A stretch of DNA of 63,859 nucleotides, counting the filler, from Klebsormidium nitens (lineage: Eukaryota > Plantae > Klebsormidiophyceae), in NCBI GenBank assembly GCA_000708835.1. It is 5 parts of 5 records of this genome, joined end to end, with 100 filler letters (N's around TTAATTAATTAA, not from the genome) between each part and the next. Parts side by side here need not be neighbours in the genome. Positions count along the whole stretch, not along the records: positions 8,736 to 16,782 come from DF238289.1; positions 16,883 to 43,296 come from DF237823.1; 3 more parts are not named here. One strand, written 5' to 3'. Positions 11,545-24,800 of the stretch are shown piece after piece; the first letter of the stretch is position 1, and every line of letters begins with the position of its first letter. A model generated the notes under the pieces. That model was given only the letters and a program-made list of their open reading frames with translations. It was not told the origin of the DNA and did no database searches. The translations under genes and the position numbers were made by a program.

Positions 11545-14500
11545 CACGCGGGCGCTTCAGCGCTGCTGATCAGAAAGCCAAGCGGCAGGACGTGCGGGTG
11601 CTCAAAGAAGCTGTGAATTGTGCTGTGGAACGCGGTAAGTTTGCTTCTTCAAAAGCTAACTCTTAAGGTCAGGGGATCACAGGCCCTGGGATTATACCAT
11701 TGTTTCAGGAACAGAGTGTTTTATATCAGGGATTGATAAACTTTCATCAAGATGACCAGCAGAATCTTCAGTGGTATGGCTGGGCATGCGTGGGGAAGTG
11801 TACCAAGCTTTGACCAGTTACTTCTTAGAGCTATCAGTGGGTCATTTCCTGGTAGATCGCCAGAAGTTGGTGGCATGGCTGGGCGTGCCTTGAAAGACGC
11901 GAATGGCCCAGAAGCTGAAGGCAGGACTTGGCGTGTGTAGGAAGTGTACCAAGGAATGGCCAGCTGTTTCTTAAAGATATCAACAGGTCATTTCCTGGTA
12001 CGACGCCAGAAGTTGGTGGCATGGCTGGGCTTGGGAGTGAACCAGGTTTTGACCGATTTTCTTTAACCAAGAGGTGACGGCATGCCTGGGCGCGTGCAGA
12101 AGAGTGTACCGAGTTCTGGCCAGTTCTTTCTTTAGATATCAATAGGCCATTTCTTGGTACAAAGCCTAAACTTGATGGCATGGCCGGTCCTGCATGCAGG
12201 TGTGTGCGGGTAGGATTGGCCCTGCATTTTTCCCTAAGTCTTCTCTCGTTTCCAGACCCGCATGCCATTCACTGCCGCAAGTGCGACATGACCGCAGAGA
12301 ATGGTCTCCGTGGGGGCAAGAAGGGAGGGGCTGTCACATACTTCTGCAAGAGCCATGGCCCATCAAAGGGTTGTTTCAAGATCGACAAGGACCGCGCAGG
12401 TGAGAGGACACACACACACACCTCCTTTGTGTGCAGCCTTCCGCACCTTGACCTTAATCGTTCAGGTCTTTGCATGGCGGCAAGCCCGCTGCAAGTCCGC
12501 ATCTTGCCCTTTCTTGTTTGCAGCATGGGTTCAGGGGCGCGAGAAGATGCGGAGGAGTGCAGATTCTGCCTGTCACCAATGGGGGCAGCATCAGAAGTGG
12601 GCGAGGTCATGGACGGCGACAGCAGGTGAGCGCCCAAAATCTGTCAAACGAGAACCTGGTTCAGCACTGTGCCAAGCCACCTGTCACACCGGTTGGTTGG
12701 CAAATAAGGGTGATGTTCTGACCTGTGCAACATCTGGAGAGGTTTCAAGCGGCGCCCCAAAAGCGGTGTACCAAGGAAAAGCGTATTGTAATACGTCAAC
12801 TCTGTACGTGTACCAGGAAACGACCTATTACTCCTTAAGAATCCTAATGAGTGTTTCTTGGTCCACAGATGTGGCACGGTTGGTCGGTCAGATTGCACGC
12901 CCTCGACAAGTCTGAATTTGAGGACTTCTGGAGAGTTCTGGTGGTCGATCGTGACATCCCAAGAGCAGTTCTGACCCATTGAGTGCCGCCTTTTCAGAGC
13001 CCGCATGCGCTGACCGCAACGCCCACGACAGCCCCCCTGAAACGAACCCCCATGCGACCGTTAGCAAGTCAGAGTCGGAGTGCGGTCTTGGCGCAGCCCG
13101 CCTTCAGCATGCCGCGAATGACGAGGTGCAGCCCGGGCAGCTTCTCGTCCACCGCGCAGAGGGCCTGTGCGCGCTGTCAAGCGGGAGCACCAGTTTGGGG
13201 TTCAGCCCGCTGCCACTAAGAGCGTGCTGGTGAGGAGCGCATTCCAAGGTGAGCGACGACTTCTCGTTTCAAACGTACCCATGCGTGTCGGGAACTGGCA
13301 CGTCTTTCCCCTCAGACATAGGACATGAAATCCTTGGCCTTTTCTCGGTACATCTTGGCAGGTATGGTAGGGGCCCCTCAAATACGGTGTGATGCTTTGC
13401 AGAGTGCGGGGGATTGTACCAAGAAAGGGTGTATTACTTCTTAAACAACAAACGAGCGTTTTCTGGTACATCCTGTAGGGTATGGCTGGGGCCCCTCAAA
13501 GATTCTGCAGGGTATGGCCGGCCCCCCAGAAACGGTGTGATGCTTTGCAAAGTGCAAGGCCGTGTACCAGGAAACGCTCTAGCACTTTCTAAGAATCTAA
13601 GGGCGTCTTTCTGGTACATCCTGAGGGGTATGGCCGGCCTTGTCCAACAAGCGCATGATCCGCGCATCCAGCGCACAATCAGTCAGTGTGTACCAAGAAA
13701 CGTTGTCTTACTTTTCTGAGAATCTAATGGGCGTTTTCTAGTACATCCTGCAGGGCATGGCCGGCCCCGCCCTTCAAGCGCACGATCCGACCATCCAGCG
13801 CACAATAAGCGTGTACCAAGAACCGCTGTTTTTCNNNNNNNNNNNNNNNNNNNNNNNNNNNNNNNNNNNNNNNNNNNNNNNNNNNNNNNNNNNNNNNNNN
13901 NNNNNNNNNNNNNNNNNNNNNNNNNNNNNNNNNNNNNNNNNNNNNNNNNNNNNNNNNNNNNNNNNNNNNNNNNNNNNNNNNNNNNNNNNNNNNNNNNNNN
14001 NNNNNNNNNNNNNNNNNNNNNNNNNNNNNNNNNNNNNNNNNNNNNNNNNNNNNNNNNNNNNNNNNNNNNNNNNNNNNNNNNNNNNNNNNNNNNNNNNNNN
14101 NNNNNNNNNNNNNNNNNNNNNNNNNNNNNNNNNNNNNNNNNNNNNNNNNNNNNNNNNNNNNNNNNNNNNNNNNNNNNNNNNNNNNNNNNNNNNNNNNNNN
14201 NNNNNNNNNNNNNNNNNNNNNNNNNNNNNNNNNNNNNNNNNNNNNNNNNNNNNNNNNNNNNNNNNNNNNNNNNNNNNNNNNNNNNNNNNNNNNNNNNNNN
14301 NNNNNNNNNNNNNNNNNNNNNNNNNNNNNNNNNNNNNNNNNNNNNNNNNNNNNNNNNNNNCTCTTTTCTGGTACATCCTGCGGGGTATGGCCGCCCACCC
14401 AAACAGTGTGAGGCTTTGCAGAGTGTGAAGCCGGGTATAGAAACGCTGTATTACTTTCTTAGAATTGAATGGGCTTTTCTGGTGTATCCTGCACGGTATG

Positions 14501-16150
14501 GCTGGGCAGCCCATCAAGCGCGCTTGAAGCACACAGTCCGCCCCGTCCCGTGCACATTCCGAGTGTACCAAGAAACGCTGTATTACTTTCTTAGGAATCT
14601 AATGGGCCTTTTCTGGTACATCCTGCAGGGTATGGCCGGACCTGCAGCCCACCGTAGCGCACGTTCTGAGGCGTACCAAGAAACGCTGTGTTACTTCTCT
14701 AAGAATTTAATGGGCAAATCCTGGTACATCCTGGGGGGGTATGGCTGGGCCTGCAGCTTTCACGAAAGTGTACCAATAATCATCTCAATCTTTCTTCAGA
14801 GAACAATAGGCAGCTCTCCGGTACATTCGGGTGGGTGTAGCCGGGCCCGCAGCACCATGAGCATGTACCACAAAGTGGCGTCTTTGCCGGGCATGGCCGG
14901 ACAGCCTGCATGCTCTTGATCTTTGGGGCGGGTTGTGAGATTCACGAGCCGCCGTGCCAATCCACGGCGCAGGATCACAAGGCACTGCGTCCACGAAGCG
15001 CGCAATGCGGACGAGCCTTCTGCCGCTGCCTCGACCCATCCCACTCTGGACCCCTCAGAGTGCGAGCGCTCCGCCGCTAGCTCGATCGGTGACGAGGCGC
15101 AGTGCGTGCAACGCCCCGCACGGGAGGGCCTCTGCGTGCCGTCATCTGCGATCCAGCCGGGGCGGCTTCTTGCCACGAGCAGCCGTCGTTCGGTACTCGG
15201 CAGATTGCAAGGCGAGTGTCCGGCAGTCCCTTGCACTGCACTGCGTTGCCGCCCCTGGTCCACTGATGGCACGAAGCATGGGACTCAACCTCTGTTACTC
15301 GTTGGCATAAATTGGGGTGCGCTGTCAGTATGTACCAAGAGGTGGTGTAGTTCTCTGTGAGAATCTAAAGGCTCCTTCCTGGTATATCCTTGGGGGTGTG
15401 GCCGGATTAGCATGTACCGGGAAGTGGCGTGTTTCTCTTTAAGAATCTAACGGCCCTTTCCTGTTACATCCTGCGGTGTATGGCTGGGCTTCCGGCAGTG
15501 TCCCAAGCCAGCTGGGCACACTCATTAGCTCCAGAATCGAAGGTAATTGTTTCGAGTCACGCAATATCGGGAGGGGTTCCAAGCGGCGCCCCAAAAGCAG
15601 TATACAAAGGAAAGCATTCTGTGGTGCGTCAGTTCTGCTTCTGATAAGGAACGTGTACCAAGAAAGAACCTATTACTTCTTTACGATCTAAATGGGCGTT
15701 TCTTGGTACACCTTGCTGGGTATGGCCGGAGCAAAGTTCATGCCCTTGATCTGCCGCACGAATCCGAGGACTTCCGCACGGATTTGGCGGTCGATCGTGA
15801 CATTCACGAGTGCAGCAGCGCTGACCGACTGTGCGCCTCCCCTTTCCAGGAACAATGTGCACTGACCGCGACGCCCACAACATGCGCCACGAGGTCGACA
15901 GCCTCCCCACAACCGCCACAGCCAGCCCCCGTGCGACCAGTGACAACTCCGAGTCGGAGTGCTGTCTTCGCGCAGGCCGCCATCAGAGTGCCGCCAGCAT
16001 GGTCACCGACAAGGCGCAGCTCTGGCAGCGCTGAACGGGAGGGACAGTGCGTGCTGTCGAGCCGGAGCGCCAGGGTTGGAGCTCAGGCGTCGAGACAGCC
16101 CACTGCCACAAGCAGCCATCATCCGTTGTCGGTGAGGAGCGGACTGCAAG
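11545..16150 (+). pseudogene. Multi-exon gene or pseudogene of unknown function with symmetric phase-1 exons and a triplicated exon
   Basis: AG/GT-bounded exons 11545-11634 (90 bp), 12256-12399 (144 bp; HCRKC...YFCKSH...C) and 12524-12625 (102 bp) splice in frame. Paralogous modules lie at 12998-13248 (251 bp), about 14980-15211 and 15850-16150 (301 bp), all ending CAAG|G(T/C)GAG. The first and third are one base off a multiple of 3. Confidence 0.5.
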
Positions 16151-16620
16151 GTGAGCCTTCTCCACGATCCCCGGCCGTCTGGTTGCGGCAAAGTCCTCTT
16201 CTCGATCAGTCGAGAGTTCTTGGCTCAACCTAGGGGAATATCATGGGAAGTGGGGTCGTTCTTCTCAACAACATGGAGCTCGTGAAGAACCTTACGGGCG
16301 TTTCTCCTGTACTTACTACAACTTTCCGGGTCTGGCCGGGCTGCCCATCAAGCACACAGTCTGGCCGTACCAAGAAAGGCTGTATTGTTCTTTAAGAATC
16401 TACTGGGCGTTTCCTGGTACATCCTGGGGGGTATGGCCGGGTTCAACCTGCGGGGTATGGCCGGGTGCATTTCGGGGGGCATGGCCGGGCTGGCCCATCA
16501 AGCGCAGGGTACGACCATCCGGCGCACAATGAGAGTGTACCAAGAAATGCTGTATTACTTTCTAAAGAATCTAATGGGCCTTTCTGGTACATCCTGCAGG
16601 GCATGGCCGGGCCCTTCGAA
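11799..16620. repeat. Complex array of a ~78-bp unit with an internal 12-bp inverted repeat
   Basis: Consensus GTGTACCAAGAAACGCTGTATTACTTTCTTAAGAATCTAATGGGCNTTTTCTGGTACATCCTGCAGGGTATGGCCGG. Starts near 11799, 11945, 12105, 12809, 13415, 13563, 13689, 13812, 14432, 14564, 14672, 14769, 15331, 15413, 15654, 16366 and 16536, plus partial copies; more are probably hidden in gap 13835-14360. Confidence 0.95.
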
Positions 16621-18879
16621 ACGGTGTCCGCCTCTGCAGCGCCGCGAGCGTTTACTTTGTAAGGATCGCAGTGTCTACTTTGTAAGATTCCGTTTACATT
16701 GTAAGATTCCGGGTGTCTGCAGGACCGCTGGTATCGTGGCAGGACTCTCGACGCTCACCTTCTACCATTCTGCTCGCGCAGGNNNNNNNNNNNNNNNNNN
16801 NNNNNNNNNNNNNNNNNNNNNNNNNNTTAATTAATTAANNNNNNNNNNNNNNNNNNNNNNNNNNNNNNNNNNNNNNNNNNNNAAAATGGTGGACATGAGC
16901 TTGACAATGGCGCATGCCCCGGCGGCGCATGAGGTCCGACAGCATGCGCTGCATTGGGTTCACAATCAGTGCATTCCCCAATGCATTCCCGATGTCTGCC
17001 AATGTTGAATTCAGACACGGACTCACAGAAACTTGATGGACTGATTTGAGCCTTCCTTGATTAAGAACCAAGGCTTCAAAGTATGGTCACTTCTTTTTAT
17101 ACACGCTGAGGCACCTGGGCCCATGGCGCAGAAACAAGCAAATTCGGAGTTCGGGCTTCATCAAAAAATGTTTCTATAGCTAGGTACCAAGCAGTTACTA
17201 ACAACAAAGCAACATGACTAACATGACATGCTACCTCATCATGGCGTAACATACTGGGTATAAAGTCACTTAGCAATACCAATCGGAGGCAAAGGGTTTA
17301 TCAGAAGTGTCTCTAATTAAATGCTAGGTTCTACGGCAAACTAGTTTCCCTTCTTCTCCCCGCCCTTGTTGGCCTGCGGCATTGAAGTTCTGCAGCAGCA
17401 GCTGGAGCGCCTGCATAACGGGAGCAGGCACTGCGGACGCCAAGACTTGCGCCGCGGCTGCGCGCCCCCCATCTAGCGCCGCATGCCCCGTGGCGGCAGT
17501 ATCCGAAGAGAAGTTTCTTTCCTAGAAAGTTTTTCTCATACATTCTCAAGAGCTCATGTGCTTTTATTTCGAGCTCATTAGCCTACAAGCACCCTATGAA
17601 TGTCGCAGTATACATATTGCTAATGCTATACTTGAAGCCTAAAAAAAGCATATTTGCAACTCATTAGGTACGTATCCACAAGCCTCTCTTTGGTGGTCAT
17701 GCACTCAAAACATGGCCTGTTGTAGAGCATTGCATGCCTTGCTGAGCTGCCGGAGCTCGGCAGCGAGTCGTTCTGCTGGAAGCAGTCAAAGTTGAGGCCG
17801 GAACAGGCTCGGAACAGATATAAACGGACCGGAACGCCAATTGAGCAGGTTGGGCAGCCCTTATCCGTAATTCGATTTATGTGGATTGTGAGCTTCAATT
17901 CATCGTACGGTGGAGACATCATGTTTAAGAATTGTCCAGCCAAACCGAGATTCTGCGGACCGCCTGTTTGCACAAAGATTGCGAAATCCTAAAAACTAGG
18001 TCTCGAGTGTCATCATAATAGGGACTAGCTCAAAACAAAGATGCGCGTCGTGATACCTTCATGCAATGTAGGTACGGTATTCATAATTATTTCTTGACAG
18101 GGACAAGACTCGATCAAGTTAAAATTCTGCACGAATCTGTGACCCTGCATGCATCTTAACAGGCTTGGGTTTCTGCGAAGGCACCAATTTCCGCGTGTTC
18201 TGGCAGAGGTTGGACATGGCTTAAGTCCACGCTTTCAGTCGACCGCGGAGCTTTCATGCACTCGATCTCGCAGACATTTCGCGATATGTGCTTCTACTCC
18301 TCCGTCGGATGTCTTTTCCGCATCCATAACGTCCACGTTGCTTGAATTAGCGTATCACCTTTCCGCATACATGTATCTGTTGATCGAAGTACATTCCCAG
18401 TGACTGAGTTCCGCAATTGTCATGCGCTTTCGCATATGTCTGAGCCCACCTCCGCGTTTGCTGCGCGTATGCATCCACATTGACAAACTTTTCAGCTCGT
18501 TGCTGGATAGGGGTCGAGCGCCGGTCACTCAGCAGGGGCCGCGCTGGCCCGCACTGCTAAGTGTCGGAGTCCGGGGTGCATCATATGTTCTAGTTCACCA
18601 GTCTAATCAGTGCCTGGGCCGCCCTGAAACATCAACCAGTGCGCCCACACACGGACTCCAAGCCTTGGTAGGCACGCCGCCCCGCAAGGCCCGCTTTAGA
18701 TAGCATTCAAAATAGTCCGACCACGTGACCGTCAAATCCAGAACTACTAATACACTCGAAATGCATCCAGAGAAGCAAGCTTATCCACTTTCAAACGGCC
18801 AAACAACATTGAGCGCTTGACAAGGGGGACTTTTTAAAAAGCGCTGAGTTGAGGGGTCAGAATCGGAAGCCAATTTTGG

Positions 18880-21800
18880 TCAACCCAAAATAGTAGCGAA
18901 GGAGGCTATGTCCATAGCTGACGTTGGCTTCAGTTTTCGGTTCATGATGTCGTGGTAGTATAATAACACGCAGGTTGGCTGACCAATTACACAGAACACT
19001 ACCCAGAAGATCATGTTCCCAATCATTGGCTTTGACTCGTACCGCTTCTGCAAAATAACCAAGTGCAACAGTCGGCGTCAATGTAATCCGCATGATTGCT
19101 CGGTCCTTACTCCATAGACATCTCAGCGAATGATATTGCAGATGTATTTCCCGGACACTGAAGCATCGTAGATCTGCTGAAAGATTAGAGCCAAAGTCAA
19201 AGCTGCATCAGTCGACTGCAGCAGAAACGTCTGCTCGAATCGCACATCCTGTGCTTGCGGACGCAAGCAGCAAAAGCCGAAGTGACCAATGCACCCGGGG
19301 GCCTTACCGCAAGGAGGTTCGTAATGACGACGAGCGGCAGTTGATTCAAAATGCCGATGAAGGCCCACAGCCGCATCGTGTGGCACGGCAGCCCAATCAG
19401 CAGCTGCACGCACAGCCACGCGCGCGCACAGCAATCAGCGGTCGGGACGGGGCACGCGGCACAAGCTAAGGGCGGGCTCGACTCTCCAAGAGGTTCCAGA
19501 ACTCTTGAGAAGCAGCCTGTCTGTGAAGTATTAATCCTGATTACTACAAACAAACGGTTTCGCCAAGCAAGAAAAATCTTGAGTGAAGACCATATCTCAA
19601 CGTCATCACTCAACCAACCCCGCCCGCCAGAACGGACATGCAGCCCCAACGAAACGAACCTGCGTGCACGCAGCACCTCGCTGGCTCGCAGGGCGGTGTC
19701 GTGCAATCAAACTTGCAGTTTCTTAATCGAGCGTGAGTCCATTTCCAGAGGTAATTCCATTATTTAACGAGTCGAGTAGTTTCGCGGCCGCAGGGAGGTA
19801 TGCCGGGGCGCACAAACCTTGAAGGGATTACGAATAGGAGGTCCTCCAAAAAAGCTAATTGTAGACACACTCCTAAACCGGACAATGGCTGCAGAGCTCC
19901 AAAAGAGCGTCGCGTTTGATAGAAACGGAGGGGGCCGCACCTCGTGGAAGACCGCGGAGAGGAAGAAGACGACGGTCATGGCGAGGCCCTTGGAGTGGCC
20001 GCGGCGGATGATGGGGAAGTAAATGTGGCGCACCATCCAGCGGTGCACCGGCATGTTCCACGACCGCCAGTACCCCTCGATCGTCGTCGCGTTCCACCAG
20101 TCCTGTGCGCACGGGGAAATGGCTCAGGGGAACGGGGAAAGGGGACAAGAAGCGGTGAGCGAATCAGATGGCACATCGACACTGTTTACAGCACAGAGGC
20201 AGAGAGGGACGCCTTCGTTGAAGGAAGGTGACGTGACGAAAATATGTACGCACACTGTCGCAAGACGCAAACGGTTGACGTGTGAAGTCCGAAACGGCGA
20301 CCAGCCACGCCAGCACTTCCAGCACTCTGCTTCCGTCCTGCGGCGATTCGCTCCGCGAGGCGTACCTTGTAGAACTCGCGGTCGCCGAAGCGCAGCAGCT
20401 CCGCGGCGATGTTGAGCCAGAGGTGGAAGAAGCAGTAGAACATGCAGAGCCAGACGTAGAGCGTGGGGATGCTCAGCTTGAGCACGCGCTCGATGACACG
20501 TGGCGCGCTGCCGGCCAGCGGGTGCGGGCTGTTGGCCACCGTCGGGTTCACGTACTGGTTGATGATGAACAGCAGCAAGCTGCTGAACACTACCAGCTTC
20601 AGAAGCTGGCGACCGATCCACGGCTGCAAGCGCGGAGAGTCAAGAAAGTATTGAGACAAACAGAGGAAAGACTCGTTGTGCAGAACGCGATACGGAGACC
20701 TAACAAGGACACTGCTTGCGTGCCAAGGTATGGGAAATCCTTGACGTGGGAAGCAACTTCGCAAACCGGGAGATTGTCCTGGCAACGGACGCGCCATGAA
20801 TGAGAAGACGGAGTGTCAGAGGCGGAGGACGCGAGTCCTGGAACGCTTAGAGGCTGGTACAGGCATCATTGTGTGACGCTTCCAAGTTGTACGAGCACCT
20901 GGCGAGATGGCGGGACTCTCAAGATGCGGATAGAAGATGAAGATCAGTCGAAGAGCGGACAACCATGAGACTGCCCCTTTACACTGCTGTTAGGAACTCT
21001 AAAAGCCGATACCTTGAAGCTTCTGACCAAAGCGCAAATTAAAAATGGTAAAGGGATTCCTTTGGGTGGCGCGCTAACCCATCGGATATGCGGCGTGCGG
21101 GGGTAGCCGAGCTGGTAGCACAGCGTCGGCGCCGCCAGAAAGTAGCACATGTTCTTGACCGTCAGGTTGTCCGGGTACCGCACGGGATGCGCGTCGGGGA
21201 CGGCCTCGAGCTGCTCCCCCGCCGCCAGCGCGATGCGCACGTCGTATAACGTGTGGGCATACGAGATGAGCTTCATCCACGTGATCACGGACGCGAACAT
21301 GAGCGCGAAACCTGCGGTGTACGAGGCACCCAAGTAGTCGGTGAACATGAAAGGAGAGGTTATGTGGGTAGCGCGTGAGTTGCGTGATCCGGAGGAAGAT
21401 AATATCGGTGCGGTTGTGAAAGACAAGGACCGAACGCGGGAAGTTCTAGTGCAGGGGCACTAACCCCGTGTTTCTTGAAGGGTTCGAGCAAGTAAACACA
21501 CCGGATTTGCATCCTATTCTGCTCAGAATAGCAGAAACCCGACCTGCGACTCAGCAACGCCTGGAAGCCTGTCCCCAAGTTGTTTATTTACGAGTCGCAG
21601 TCCTATTGCAAACGTCGGAATAGAAATGCGTGGTGCGGAGACTCACTTGACCACTCCCCCGCTTGTGCTCGATGAATGAACCAGGCGGGCCAGACGAGAC
21701 ACACCACGATGTTGAGCGTATGCACACCGAGGACCACCTGCAAACACAGACCGGGCTAACCACTTTCACCGCCCGCCCACTCGTTTCTGCGCTTAGTGAT

Positions 21801-24800
21801 CTGACGCGCACTTGGCTACACTTAGCTTCCGTACCCGCAAGCGAAAAAGATTAGGGAAAGCAAACTTGCGACTGGACGATGATAGCTTCCTGAGCGCCGA
21901 GAAGCAAACCCGGAACACTACTCTTCTCAGGGACTCCAATCAAGCATGCGAAATCAACCTCATTGTGCTGTCGAGCGGCCACACGAGCGACTCGTCGACA
22001 AAATCTTCGCATTTGCACGGGTTCGTTGTTGACGACAGGCGAGGCAACTTTGTGCCGAAATTTCACGGTAACATCCAATCTCTATACTGATCTAATATCT
22101 TGTTGACGTCACCCTAAATTCCCTCCCTAAGCGCGGCGCACCTTCTCGCTGAGCGCGGGCGCGGCCACCTTCCACTTTTCGATGGCGACGGCGAGGCCGG
22201 GGAAGAGCGGCACGCTGAGCGCGCACACGAGGAGCGGCCAGTCGCGCAGCGCCTGCGTTAGGTGGGACACCTCGAAGCGTAGAAGCAGGCCGTACTTCAT
22301 CAGGTTCTCGATGATCAGCCGCGAGTTGACCGCCAGCAGAATCACCACGCTCAGGTTGAACAGCCCCGCGTGGCTCTGCGCAGGGGCGACGCACAGGCGC
22401 TCAAGGATTTGTTATGGACTTACGGGGGGGTCTAGAAAGTCGCAGGCGTTTACTCGCGTGCCCACAGGATGGAGGGACGGGCGTGCACAGAGTAGAAAGA
22501 TGACACTCAGACGGAAAAAGCAGCGGAAGTTGCTTTAAAAAGCAAACACTCGTTTGAAGAAGGATCAGCACCTCTCTGAGAAACGGAACCACAGGGTGGA
22601 TGACACCAAGCGTCAAAAATGAAACGGAGAGCACAACCTTCCGTCCTCCAGACGAAACAGACTCATCAGTCCACCCTTAGCAACCCGCCCCAAGGTTCAG
22701 TTGTGCGGGAACCTCTTTTAAGTTTGCATGACCTTGTTGCGCGCGCACCTGCTGGAAGATGGCCGACTGGCTGAGCGGGCTTTCCTTGTTCCGCCGATGG
22801 CAGGGCGCCGCGGCACGGATGGTGTACCCCACGCTGCGCTTGCGCGGGCTCGGGCCGGGACGGGGATCACTCTCGCCGCTGGGCTGCGTTGACACGTGGA
22901 GCCCTGACACGCTCGCCGATTGATCAGACCCTGACGGAGCCGCAAAAAGCTTCCCTTAAAGAGGGATACATAGCTGATGCAAAAGGGGGCCATGTCAACG
23001 GGAGGTTACAATTGTCTACACGCTATGTTGTAGACAAAGGCCCTTTGACGGAGGAACAACTTCACTTTCCAGCCTAACAGAGCCGCGCAGATTCGCCATA
23101 GAAGGGACAGACCCCAAAGTGCTTATCATTTCCACGTGAAGCACGATAAGCTTTTGAGTCCTAAAACCCTAAAAGCTGGAAAGTCTAACAATTGCTTTTT
23201 TAGCAGGAAGTTCGAATCCGACTCGCATGAACCCTCCCAAACGAGGAAGTGCTCCCATCCTTCAATTCGACTTGCCCGCACACTACTTGTCGTGTATGAA
23301 TTTGTGGACGGACGTCGCCACCTCTTGTTACATCCGCACTCGCTGACCTGTTTGCGCTAACTGTCCTGAATCCGCACTCACTGACCTGGTTTGCGCTGCC
23401 GCAGCCCGTCTCCATCCCCCTTGACGCTTTCGTGCGTCAGCGAGCTTTCGGCCGAGTCCGTATCGTCTGCTTTCTGCGCGGGCCGCAGCGGAGCCGTGCC
23501 GGGCTCCTCGGCCTGGCCCAGAAACGGGTGGTCCGGCTCGTCGGATACCACGGGCAAGCCCACGCTCTGAGCAAAAGACGGCAGGGCAACTTGAGAGAGG
23601 AGCACATGAATGTGCACACGCAATAAATGAAGAGAGCTTTCAAAACATACAAGCTTCTGGTATTGAAGTGGTCGCTAGAATCCGAGTTTGACAATTTTCT
23701 CGTGGTTCACGTTTGTGCATACCATGGGAAACCCTTTGGCGCAAAATGGAGCAAGATGGTTACAGAACAGCGACACGCGTTCTTGCTGTGGACCAAGGTA
23801 GACAACCAAGGTAGACAACCACAATGATGTCACTTCAAGCACCGACCTCCATACTGATGTGCTCGACTGATATGGTGAAACGCTTTCGTGTTTTTGATCC
23901 CCAATGACTCTGTTCAAAATTAGAAAGACTTGCTCCTGTCACGAGACCATGAAGGCACTGGCGATTATAAGAGCCGTCGCAGCAGTACAAAGGCGTTCTT
24001 GGCTGCCATCAAGTGAAGAGCCGCGTTACATCAAGGACCATTAGGCACCTCCGATTTTGACTTTCACCTCCAAAAGTACTAACATCCCGCTGGTCATCTG
24101 GGTCCCTCAACAAATGTATCATCTCCATAGACTCTCATAACCAATCGTCCTTTTCAATTCTCCACCCAAAAAATCATGCATAGACTACCACCTCATCTCA
24201 CAAGAAATCGCCATTTCCATCCCTACGGGCAAAAAACTAAGTCTTAATACAAATTAAGCAGGGTGTGCCAACGTAATGCGCACCTCGAGGCACGAGACCC
24301 AGTGCCTGCCGTCGCCCTCGTTCTTGGTGGAGAGGCGCGCCAGGATGTTTTGGTCTTGGTCCACGATGCGGAACGTGAAAAAGGTGCCCTTCTTCAGGCC
24401 CTCCACAACCACCATGCACTGCGCCACGCTGTGCGTCCCGCGCGGATGGTCTGCCGCGTCGCGCTCCGTCTTCCAGTATGACAGCGTCGTGCCGTGCAGC
24501 CTGCGGGGCGCGTGCTTTCAGCGATCTTCCCAATTTTGGCTCTCTTTTTGAGACCTCTCTCTTTTTGAGACCTCTCTTATGGTGACACAACTTGTGCTTC
24601 ACGCTGTGGAAAAGTCAGTGATAATCGGTCTCGTCGCTAGTATCTCAGCTTGCGTCTGCTATTTCAGCACCCTTCCGGAATTCTTTGCGACGAATCATTG
24701 CAGGACGCTATCGAGGTCCGGAGCCTGGCGCTTATTTACACTCTGGCAGGAGGCAAGATACGATTCTCAGGTTGCAAGTGCTTCAGCAAGAAGACATAAG

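Noticed and set aside
13683-14571. Long ORFs of 223-265 aa in the ORF track
   Set aside because: They consist mostly of X residues translated from the N gap.
14416-14919. ORFs reading VYQETLYYFLRNLMGLFWYILQGMAG through the repeat units
   Set aside because: Frequent 1-2-nt indels change frame within and between copies, so the unit is unlikely to be a coding repeat.
11799-16620. CRISPR-like reading of the palindromic repeat array
   Set aside because: The context is eukaryotic, the units are about 78 bp and divergent, linkers vary widely in length and are homologous to each other rather than unique, and there are no cas-like ORFs.
23337-24577. Short tandem duplications in DGAT1 introns (about 23337-23397, 23793-23820, 24540-24577)
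   Set aside because: Ordinary 13-21-bp slippage duplications with no further structure.
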